This document shows positions 49,561-59,714 of a stretch of 64,000 nucleotides of DNA, in pieces. Within the stretch, counting starts at the first letter, position 1, and each line of letters starts with the position of its first letter. The stretch is from Amphibalanus amphitrite. Its lineage: Eukaryota. Under the pieces are notes generated by a model. The model was not told the origin of the DNA. It worked only from the letters and a program-made list of their open reading frames with translations, and did no database searches. The stretch is taken from positions 601,297 through 665,296 of the forward strand of contig NW_024881521.1 in NCBI RefSeq assembly GCF_019059575.1. The letters run 5' to 3'. Made by a program: the position numbers and the translations under genes.

Positions 49561-50900
49561 AATCAACCATTCCTGAGTAATTGCCTCCACCTATGACCGA
49601 TGTGGACATCAAATAGACCATCGTCTAATCCTAGTCCACTGAACCTATACCTATACCTATTCCTATCTCGAGACCAAGACAAGGCAAATAGCCGCGTTGT
49701 TTGGATAAGATCATAAGATAAGCCCTAGTTGCATCACATTTTTCAAAATGAATGAATTTGATTAGCATTATTAAATTACAATCCAATCATCCCAAATTGA
49801 TCAGTGCATTAGTCAAGGGAGAGTAGGCATTTCAACTTAGATAACAGGATCTAAGTTTGACAAGGGATCTTGATCTAAGAGATCTAAGAGGATCCAAGGA
49901 TCTAAGAGACAAAGGTCGACCTTTGTGCAGTATTAAGTATATATGCTGAAAGAAATAAACAGATGGCCTGATACAGATAGCCAGGTGATAACACTCAATC
50001 ACAATCATGGGGCTCAACAGTTTTGACTTGTGATGACCAAATATTGATTGATATTGACACTGTGTTTGTTCCAATGTCACAGGTTTTTTTTTACTTAATT
50101 CTTGGTGCCCTTTTGCTTTGGTTCTGTCCCAAAAAAGTGCTAAAAGTTTATAAAGTAAAGCTAGGTATTTCTATTTGCTTTTATGTGACCCAGTCATGAT
50201 CCAGCCATTTGTTGGGTGCTTATTATCTTTTTATGATTATCTGCTTTCTTCTAAATGCTGCACATTTTCATGTGTGCAAGACTAAGGCATTATTTTAATT
50301 GCATTTGCAGATAACTTGTGGCATTTCATTCTTAGAGGATGTCAAGCTGAGGTGCAATAATTGAATGGATAAGATTAATGTAAGAGGAAGAAAGAATTCA
50401 AATTGCTGTGTTAGATACACTAGAACTTCTGTATTTTGCACCAGTTGCTACTTGATATATTCACTTAGAAATGGTAAGTTTCTTCTTGTAAATAAAATTA
50501 CTTGTCCTGCTACTATTGTATTAGGCATGTTCACCACCTTGAATGTTCTCAGGTTACCTTGTTTATCATAAAAGCTGCCTAGATTTATTGTTTGATGGGG
50601 ATCAATGAGTGATGCTTAGATTGTAAGCATGCATATAACATCAATTTTAACTGCAGGTGATGGTAATGCCAGCTCCATAGTCCATGCTCATAATATTAGC
50701 ATGTGAGAATGGCAAATGCTTTTTCATGTGTGGCTTTCAAAAGCCTTTTGTCTTTCAGAATTTAGAGAGTCCATCAGCCCCACAGCTGTTGTGGCCTGTG
50801 CTCATGCAATATATACATTCAAATCATGGTCAATACCAGAGTAGGGTCATTTTTAGTTATGCTTCATGTATTAGCTGACACCGATGCCCGCTCTCTGCAG

Positions 50901-51083
50901 CGTCGGAGTCTGGCGCCGAGTCAGTTCTCGGCGCTGAAGCGGCGCTCGGACGAGTCCTGCTCCCGGGCATCTGGCAGGAAGCAGCCGGCGCTGGAAGAGG
51001 ATGGCGCCGCCGTGGTCCGCTCCCCGCTGCAGCCCATTAACGTGCCGCTCGGCGCGTCGCCCACCGGACCCGTCTCTGACTAT
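50901..51083 (+). CDS. RAD54L: RAD54L first recognisable coding exon (RRSLAPSQFSALKRRSDESCSRASGRKQPALEEDGAAVVRSPLQPINVPLGASPTGPVSDY); initiator is either the in-frame ATG at 50859 (unspliced) or lies in an upstream exon
   Basis: human RAD54L begins MRRSLAPSQLAKRK..; tctgcag acceptor at 50900, tat|gtgagt donor. Confidence 0.7.
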
Positions 51084-51407
51084 GTGAGTCGCCCTCGCGG
51101 AACCGTAACACACTAAACCCGTATGTTAATTAAACGTCAGTCGCTTGCTTGACGTGTCTGGGACACGGTGAGTCACCGATTATCTGAATCGTCCACCGGG
51201 CCCTTCTCCGTATGTGAGTCGGCGACTGGTCCCGGACGCGATGTTTAGCGCCGCCGGACCAAAGCTACGCGTAGCACACGGCAGCACACCGTAGCTACGG
51301 TTTGCTGCATGGACGTCTGTAAAGGTACACACCCATCCTGTCCCAACGGACGGGTGAGACACCCCACATCGCCCTCTCACTGCTCAATGTTCCCACTCTG
51401 TCTCCAG

Positions 51408-51611
51408 GAGGCCCGTCTGCGTCAGATCCTGTCTCGACCGTTCAAGATCCCGATCCCGAGTTACAACGGCGCGCGACTGGCGGACCGCCGACTGGGGGTG
51501 CGGCGCACGGGTGCGCGTCAGCCGCTGCACGACCCCGACGAGCCGGGCGCGCTGGTGCTCTACAGTCCGCCGCAGCTCAGCCAACACGAGCAGCTCACCA
51601 TGCAGGCGTCA
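51408..51611 (+). CDS. RAD54L: RAD54L exon (EARLRQILSRPFKIPIPSYNGARLADRRLGVRRTGARQPLHDPDEPGALVLYSPPQLSQHEQLTMQAS)
   Basis: matches human ..[61 protein letters not shown]; 3' boundary (gtgatg donor) uncertain. Confidence 0.75.
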
Positions 51612-51932
51612 GTGATGGGGAGGGAGAGGTCGGGGCTGGGGAAGCCGGAAAGGGGAAACTAGTCTGGGTCATGAGCTCCTATTCAAAAGAGAATGTTGAT
51701 GGCTGACTCGTACTTAACTCTGCCTGAGTCACTTTTGGAGTGATGGGGCAATCACTCGTTTTGACCTCGTTGATTCAGTTACACATACCCTTCCTGTCTC
51801 TTTTTTTATACAATCATTTCATTCCAGTTTTTTTACGATAGCATTTTGGAGTTTTGCAATTTTTCCGAATGTGCACTGCTGAACTCTGCTGCTGAATTGT
51901 GCGTGCCCGCCCCCTGTTTCAGTGACAAGCAG

Positions 51933-51992
51933 CTGGTACACGTGGTGGTGGATCCGGCGCTAAGTAATGTGCTGCGGCCCCATCAGCGGGAG
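51933..51992 (+). CDS. RAD54L: RAD54L exon ([20 protein letters not shown])
   Basis: matches [21 protein letters not shown]; acceptor aagcag (alternative tttcag 10 nt upstream), gag|gtgagt donor. Confidence 0.75.
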
Positions 51993-52248
51993 GTGAGTCG
52001 CCCTGTCTTCTCTCCTCCCCCTCTCCCAGAGTCGGTTTTGTAAGGAAGTACGTTACGTCCCAATCCCTCACAGGGCTGGAATTATTAGGGGTCGTATAAA
52101 GTTTGTCCGCCTGTTCGTCGGTGACAAAGCATGAGTCAGCTTTTGTCCATGATAGGATTTGTCTGCATGATCTGTTTCTGCTCATCGCCGTGCCCTACTG
52201 CTCACAACAATCCCCGCGGCATCACGTTCACCTGTCCGTCTCCTCCAG

Positions 52249-52443
52249 GGCGTCAAGTTCATGTACGACTGCGTGACCGGGCGCCGGATCGAGGGCAGCT
52301 TCGGCTGCATCATGGGCGACGAGATGGGTCTGGGCAAGACGCTGCAGTGCATCACCCTCATGTGGACACTGCTGCGACAGAGTCCCGACTGCCGGCCCGA
52401 GATCGATCGCTGCATTGTCGTCACACCCAGCAGCCTGGTCAAG
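52249..52443 (+). CDS. RAD54L: RAD54L exon, SNF2 ATPase motif I ([65 protein letters not shown])
   Basis: near-identical to human [65 protein letters not shown]; ctccag acceptor, aag|gtcggt donor. Confidence 0.9.
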
Positions 52444-52715
52444 GTCGGTGGCAGGGCGACGTGGATCTCGCGAGATGCTGCATTACGTACCGGTAGATAG
52501 CTAGTGACGATTTTCATCGGCTGTTCCTAGTTCTTTTCGAAGATGTTCTGCCTATAACAGAGCTTCGGTCAGTTTGCTATAGAAAGCCCAACTCAGGTCA
52601 TTTTTCATTTGCGACTCGTCTGTATCAAATGTGATGCCAGTCTGTTGTGATTACGTTTTTGCACCTATCATAATATGTCCTTACGATGTCTTTCTATGCC
52701 CGCGTTTTCCACCAG

Positions 52716-52934
52716 AACTGGTACAACGAGATCAGCAAGTGGCTGTCGGGCCGGGTCTCGGCGCTGGCGATGGACGGCGGCGGACGGACGGAGGTGGTCC
52801 GACAGCTCGAGGGGTTCATGACGCGCACCGGCCGCCGGCCCGTCAACCCCATCCTCATCATCTCCTACGAGACGTTCCGCATCCACGCGGCGCTGCTGCA
52901 CCGCGGAGAGATCGGACTCGTGCTCTGTGACGAG
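52716..52934 (+). CDS. RAD54L: RAD54L exon ([73 protein letters not shown])
   Basis: matches [73 protein letters not shown]. Confidence 0.9.
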
Positions 52935-53186
52935 GTGAGAGGGTGATGAGAGGACTGGCGAGACTAGGGGTCGATGGCAGGATGTGAGAGTCGGTGCAAG
53001 AGCTGGGACTCTGTAATGGAGTGAGAACGGTGGTGAGATATTTGGTGATTGTCAGATTGGGATGTCGAGTGGGTTAGTGAGAGGGCTGGTGCTCTTGTAG
53101 TAGTGGCAAATGTCAAATTTATTTTATCGTCTTACATCGATGGATGATGGCCTGATCAGGTGTCTTCCTCCCTTCCCTGACAATAG

Positions 53187-53327
53187 GGTCACCGTCTGAA
53201 AAACCACGAGAACCAGACGTACTCGGCACTGATGAGTCTCAACTGCCGACGGCGTGTCCTGCTCTCCGGCACACCCATCCAGAACGATCTGCTCGAGTAC
53301 TTCAGTCTGGTGCACTTCGTCAATGAG
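53187..53327 (+). CDS. RAD54L: RAD54L exon ([47 protein letters not shown])
   Basis: matches [47 protein letters not shown]. Confidence 0.9.
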
Positions 53328-53577
53328 GTAAGGCTGGGTGTGGCGACAGCATATTGCACTTGATGTGTCACGAGCAGCAGATGGCTCTTGGTTTGGCGAA
53401 ACCCCGATAAACAAACGGCGATAACATAATGCGACAGTGAGTGGGTGTGGCGACCATAGTGGCGACAGCATAGTACGGCTGACCGACGCGGCATATGGCT
53501 GGTGATATCTCCAATTCTCACTCGCATGTTGGAGCCTTTCACAGCGACCTCTCTCGACCCTCTTCGTCCCTCCACAG

Positions 53578-53714
53578 GGCATTCTGGGCACTGCGAGCGA
53601 GTTTAAGCGTAAGTTCGAGACGCCGATCCTGCGGGGTCGTGATGCTGACGCCACCGATGACGAGCATAAGAAGGGCAACGAGCGCCTCCAGGAGCTGCTG
53701 TCTATCGTCAACAG
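53578..53714 (+). CDS. RAD54L: RAD54L exon ([45 protein letters not shown]-)
   Basis: matches [46 protein letters not shown]; ends phase 2. Confidence 0.9.
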
Positions 53715-54113
53715 GTGGGCGAGACTGGGAGGCGGTCGGTAGAGGAAAGGATATTTTAGGTGGGGTGGCTTACGAGCAGTTTTCAAAGGATAGGCATTCT
53801 TATTCAAAGAAATCAAATGAGTTCTCTGCATCTGTTATGGTAGCTATGACACAGTAATCTTACCATCTTGACACAAATATCTGGGATCGAATCCTAATTA
53901 CAGAAGCTGCTTGGCTTTTGGGGTTGTATTATGCTCATTTCGTTGACTGATAGCAAAAAGGCGCTCTTCGAGCATCTACCCAATTTTCCCGACGATCATT
54001 GACATCGGATCAACCGTCAATCATCAAACGACCAATCAGCCATTTTCCGGTTTATTTTCTCTATCAGTGAAGCGTTTTCACCATGACTGACATGCAACTG
54101 TCGCTGCCCTCAG

Positions 54114-54274
54114 GTGTATCATCCGCCGCACGGCAGCGATTCTCTCCAAGTACCTGCCGGTGAAACAGGAGCTGGTGGTGTCCTGTCGTCTCACCGACTG
54201 CCAACTGGCGCTCTATGACGCCTTTATACGCTCGGACGCCGTGCGTCGGAGTCTGATGGGACAGAAGGGCAGCG
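54114..54274 (+). CDS. RAD54L: RAD54L exon ([54 protein letters not shown])
   Basis: matches [40 protein letters not shown].. Confidence 0.85.
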
Positions 54275-54703
54275 GTACGTACAGGGTGCTGAGATGCAGA
54301 TAACGATGCGCGGGGAGAGAGTCGTGATTTGGGCGTGACTTCTGCGTCGATTGACACTGATGTATGGACTTACTTAGCTCTATTATTTAGATAATACGAG
54401 GGTCAGTGCTTGTCTGAAACTAAAACTGACTACCACCGCGAGTCGCGAATGCTTATAAACATAAGTGTCGATTTCTGCTGAGTTGCGGGTGCCCGTACAC
54501 TACAGATCCTCCGCGACCCTAGCAGTGACCTTGACCCGCACCGTCTGTTATGGCTCAAAAAGTCAAGCCGGAGTTGAATTGGGAGAGCTTGGCCACCTCC
54601 AGTTCAGCAAAAATCGTTACCTATGCCTAAGAATGTGGAGTGGATTAAATGGCGCGGGCTGGTAGCGATTCTAGCCTATCATTTCACTTTTCTGCACCGC
54701 CAG

Positions 54704-54854
54704 GTCACGGCAAATCGACTCAGTCGGCGCTGTCCGCCATCACCAGTCTGAAGAAGCTGTGCAACCACCCGGACCTGATCTACGAGAAGGTCACTGAGCC
54801 GGGCAGTGAGCTGCGCCATCTGCTGCAGCTCTATCCAGACGGACACTCGACAAA
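54704..54854 (+). CDS. RAD54L: RAD54L exon (GHGKSTQSALSAITSLKKLCNHPDLIYEKVTEPGSELRHLLQLYPDGHST-)
   Basis: matches ..SSITSLKKLCNHPALIYDK..; cgccag acceptor, aa|gtgagt donor. Confidence 0.85.
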
Positions 54855-55396
54855 GTGAGTCGGGGACTCGGGAGGCAGAGCTAACTCAGACAGTCAGACG
54901 GACACTCGACAGAGTGAGTTAGAGAGTCAAGACGAACTCAGACAGATACTCCGTGAGTTTGTCAGGGATGACAGTCCTGCCCAGACGGACTCGCGATATT
55001 AGAGGCTGTCGGAAACTAGCAAGGTCCGTATAGGTTACAAAGTAGGGGCATCCCGTGAAGCAACTGAATGACTAACCTGCAAACACCACCACAGTATATC
55101 ATTCTCCCCTCCTGTGTCCACCAGGCGTGTCCGCGTCCACTCGTATCTGAAATTCCGCAGTCCGCACCCGCCTGTCCGCCAGACGAGTCCGTCCGGAGCT
55201 GTCCGGCAGCTGGGTGTCTGTGTCAATATCTACCCGCCCCTGTCCTCCAGGAGAGTCCGTCCGGACCTGTCCGGCAGGGTGTCTTTGTCCTCTAATATCT
55301 ACCCGCCCCTGTCCTCCAGGCGAGTCCGTCCGGAGTTGTCCGGCAGGGTGTCTGTGTCTTCTGATGTGTCTAATACCCCCTCCCTGTGTCCACTAG

Positions 55397-55595
55397 ACGC
55401 GTCCGTCCGGAGCTCTCCGGCAAGGTGTCGGTGCTGGACTACCTGCTGGCCCTGGTGAAGACGCAGACCAGCGACAAGGTGGTGCTCGTCTCCAACTACA
55501 CGCAGACACTCGACCTGTTCGAGACCCTCTGCCAGATGCGCAGCTACTGCTTCGTCCGGCTCGACGGCAGCATGACCATCAAAAAACGCGCCAAG
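55397..55595 (+). CDS. RAD54L: RAD54L exon ([67 protein letters not shown])
   Basis: matches [65 protein letters not shown]; acceptor (cactag) is the last of four tandem copies. Confidence 0.85.
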
Positions 55596-55847
55596 GTGGG
55601 CGATCGCCCCACAAGGGTTAGATACATATTTGTTTGAGGTCGTTTGTGTTGGTGGTATCGCCACACAAGCTATATGACTGGGTTTTGACGCTACTGTCGG
55701 TGTTGGAGCATAGGGCAACTGGCGAAACGCCCTAAGGTCCAATAATTATCATTGATCTTTGCACTCTCTTGGTTAGTTCGATAATATATTTTACCAATTT
55801 TCCGGCTTCCTCCCCACGACCGCCAATCCCGCTCTGCCCGTTTCCAG

Positions 55848-56054
55848 ATAGTGGACCGGTTTAACGACCCCTCGTCTCCCGAGTTTATCTTCATGCTGAG
55901 CAGCAAGGCGGGCGGCTGTGGGCTGAACCTGATCGGCGCCAACCGCCTGGTGATGTTCGACCCCGACTGGAACCCGGCCAACGACGACCAGGCCATGGCG
56001 CGCGTCTGGAGAGACGGACAGAAGAAGCCCTGCTTCGTCTACAGACTGCTGGCG
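55848..56054 (+). CDS. RAD54L: RAD54L exon, helicase C motifs ([69 protein letters not shown])
   Basis: near-identical to human [69 protein letters not shown]. Confidence 0.92.
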
Positions 56055-56321
56055 GTGAGCATAGAGCCGACGTTCAATGTGTCCATAACAGGCTGCATTT
56101 TCCTGTGTTGCATGTCGAGCGCCGATGTTTAATTAAGTCCAGGCGTATTTGCTTCGGTAGTACATAAACTGATCCACCTGGGACGGCGTAAATCAATACT
56201 CATAGTCATTGTCGTATGCGGCATCATGGTAAAGTGGTTCGACATGCAGCCCCTGTAGCATTTTCCCCAACCTCAACATGACTTTCTCGATCTGACGGAC
56301 CTCAATCGTTACTGCTGTCAG

Positions 56322-56482
56322 GCGGGCACCATCGAGGAGAAGATGTTCCAGCGTCAGACGCACAAGAAGGCGCTCAGCTCGTGTGTCGTTGATAACGAGG
56401 AAGACGTACAGAGACTGTTCAGCGTGGCGGAGCTGAAGGAGCTCTTCAAACGCGAGGACACCATCTGTGATACGCACGACAG
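56322..56482 (+). CDS. RAD54L: RAD54L exon ([53 protein letters not shown]-)
   Basis: matches [42 protein letters not shown].. Confidence 0.9.
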
Positions 56483-56948
56483 GTGAGCGAGAGGTGACGG
56501 TCGGTCCGGACTCCTGATGCACATGGCATAGGTCACGGACGGCCGTGGGCTATCCAGGCTGGGATTACAGCGTTCGTGAGACTTTCACAAATCGAAGGTC
56601 CGGCTGTCATGAAATCATGTTTCAGGCTTTGCCGTAAGTCATCGGTGAATATTTCAGCTGTGATGGCTGCATTCCAGTTGTGGGCCTATAGTCTGTTCCA
56701 ACTCAAGCTTGCGGTCGGAGTTTCTTCGGCAGATCGCTCCTCCGCTCAAGAATTTCGTCTTGAAATGTAAGAGCTGTAGTTATATACGGAATTCACGCAC
56801 TGCTTTCAGCAGGACACTTCGGCTGCAAGCTTGAAACGGAACAGAGTATAGTATCAGCAGTCTTATCTATATTTGCCGCTACTCTGCTTCCTCTAGCCAT
56901 GCACAAATCATCGCTTTACGGCCGACTGACCGCTCCCTCCCTCTCCAG

Positions 56949-57153
56949 GTTGAAGTGCACCCGATGCGTGAACGGTACCCAGTTCCGCCCGCCGCCCGAC
57001 GACGCCACCTGTAACGGCGACCTGTCCCAGTGGCACCACGCGGCCGCCGCCGGCCGCCGGCGCGTGCCCGACCCGCTGCTGAGGGCCGCCTGGGACGCCG
57101 GGGTACTGTTCGTGTTCCACCAGCGCAGCCACGACCAGCTGGTGACACCCTGA
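56949..57153 (+). CDS. RAD54L: RAD54L terminal coding exon ([68 protein letters not shown])
   Basis: matches [54 protein letters not shown]; TGA at 57151-53. Confidence 0.88.
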
Positions 57154-57844
57154 GGGGGGGAGGGTTCGCAGGGGGGAGGTGGGGACTGGGGATGTTGGAA
57201 AGGAAGGGACCATGGCTAATGTATGTTTCGGAGGCTTGATGAGGTAGCTTTGGCTGTGGAGACGGACAAACGTGAAGACAGACGCATTTGTGAGACTTCG
57301 TAGATTATGATGAGTTTACCGAGCATGAGCTCGTCTGAGGTCGTGGGTGCCTGAAATCTCTAAATGACTGTTGCACTTGAGGAACGTCTTTTGTGATGTG
57401 TGGGGGATGGGAGGGTCGGAATGCTTGTGTCTTGTGGGTGACCGTCAGTCATTACCTTATGACGAGTAGTCTAGAGTAAATGGTGAGCGAATTCTTTTGT
57501 AACTGCGCAACGTGTCTCATGTCTGAATGAAACGACATGCCCATCGCCTAGTTCGAGTATCATTGGTCCATGACGCCGAGAAGGCGAGAAGTAATCGAGT
57601 CCATCGTGCGACGCTAAGCGTATCGAATCGTCGAAGCAGGTGTCGTCGCTAACTGAACCGCAACACTGCCGTCTGTTGGCTGGCTCAACACTCAACAGGT
57701 CATTGTTTTTGTTCTGTGCATACCGTCTGTGTCACGCCATTTATTTGGACCACTCAGAAGCAAGTATTTGTCTAGATATGTAGTGACGATATGTGTAAAG
57801 CTGCCATTGAGACTGTGAAGCGGCACAAATCTCATGTGATATTT

Positions 57845-57850
57845 AATAAA
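57845..57850 (+). promoter_or_regulatory. RAD54L: candidate AATAAA polyadenylation signal for RAD54L (~700 nt 3' UTR)
   Basis: only canonical AATAAA in the AT-richer stretch downstream of the stop. Confidence 0.3.
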
Positions 57851-58205
57851 TGCTGTGTGTGATGAACTGATAGTTTTAGTTCTAACTCCAGAAGCGTGAG
57901 GGCCGCCTATTCCGTGTTCCACGAAACTGAGGTCGATGAATTACCCACTCTAGATCCATCCAATTCAGAGTCGGGATTGTTTTGCAACAAAATAACATGT
58001 ATTGCATCATGTATAAACAGTTGTATAGATGACGCAGGGATGGCGGACGGCGGGTGGGCGTACCGGGCCCTCCCTTCCCGCCGCGGCTGGCACTGGGCTG
58101 CGGCCGACGCGGCCGGCTACACACGTTCAAAAACTGTCTGGTCGGCTCACACACACACACGGACATACTGTACAGGCAGGAGGCGCCGCGGGGAGCGTCA
58201 GAACG

Positions 58206-58238
58206 GGTACTGCTGCCGCTGCTGCTGCTGCTGCTCCT
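58206..58238. repeat. (GCT)n microsatellite
   Basis: direct reading. Confidence 0.9.
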
Positions 58239-59714
58239 GCTGCAACCGCTGCCGCCGACGCAGCTGGTCTGGAACAGGCGACAAGTCACTGTCAAACAAA
58301 GCTGTTGCCATGGTTACGGTAACAGCCATCACAGTCTGGCATGGTAGTTGGGCAACTCGGGTATGGTTACAGCATTTGGCAAGATAGGTTGCAAATGCAG
58401 ACTGAGTTTAGAACGTGTGCAAGCAGCTGACCGTTTATCTCTCTCGCCACGTACCGGCCTGACTGAGGTGCTGGGCGCCATACTCTCCCAATTGGTCCAG
58501 GAACTGCTGGTGGTACAGGCCCGACGGCTGGCGAGACTGAAAGGAGCGAGAGACATGGTAAGTAACGGTCAAGACAGGGCGCACTGGGTTCCAGCGAACG
58601 AATATGTGAAGTGGCATTCGAGGATGACCTGGTTAGTTCGCATTTCTGGTTGAGCATACACACAAAAATACATAGGTGGAACTTTGTGCCAAGATTGGGG
58701 CTGCCCGAGCTCTCCCAATTCCACACCCGCTTGGCTTTGGAGCCGCAACAGACGGCGGAGGTCAAGGTCACCGCTAGGGCGGCGGCGGATTTGCTGCGCC
58801 CGGGCACCCCCAGCTCAGCACAAAGCCACCTATACAAAAGAATATAAAACACCATCGCTAGGGAACGAATGTCACCCAGTGTTCTAAAATTGGATATTGG
58901 TTGGGTGTGCCGATGAAGAAAAAAAACCTAGGATGAGAAAAAAAGAAGGAAAATAACTGCAGTATTTTTGTAAAATGGTGTAATGCCAATTTTTATGCTA
59001 ACTGATAAACCAGGATTTCATGTCAGGATCTTGACAGGGTGTGGAACAAAAGGATGCGGGTGCATCAACTGTCAAGTGACAAGTGAACTGGCTGTTGGGA
59101 ATACATGAAACTCTTTTCAGAGATGAAGTAAAGTCGGTCATTCATATTTTAGGGATGAAAATATTTTCCCCATTAGGTGTGATTTGCCACCAAAAAGGCT
59201 GAAAAATGAAACACTGCCATAAGCAGGCTGAAATTCCCACCCCACTCCCCTACTGACCAGATCTGGCAGTGCAGCCGCGCCTCGGAACTGCTGCGGCTGC
59301 GAGGTGACCGCCGTCTGGAACTGCGGCAGCAGACCGGCCGCTGCATAGTCGCGCTGCTGGGAGAGCAGTGCCGCCGCCGCGGCCGAGGAAGGGACGACGC
59401 CCGTCCGGCCGGCCAGCAGCGCGTCGGAAGCCGACGGACGCCGAGGGGACACTGCGGAGGAGACACGGGCAACGTCAGGTGGGAAGACGGAGGACGTTAG
59501 ATTGGCCGCTATCGTCGAGCGTATACGGAGTAAGAAAGCCGATCAGTGAGAACCGTAGACAAAAACGTCTTAAGTGCAGCATATTGGTTCAAAAATGTCA
59601 TGTAGCAAGGCCCAACGCATTGAAATAACAACCTATCTCCAAATCACGGAGCGGGAGATATGCGCCTGCCATATATTGTCTCATGACCGTGACCGAAGCA
59701 ATGTGTTGACGTGT

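Noticed and set aside
50826-50900. Upstream in-frame ATGs (50826, 50859) as RAD54L start
   Set aside because: Human RAD54L starts MRRSLAPSQ, which corresponds exactly to the sequence right after the cag acceptor at 50900, so a spliced 5' exon supplying the ATG seems more likely. Kept as an alternative only.
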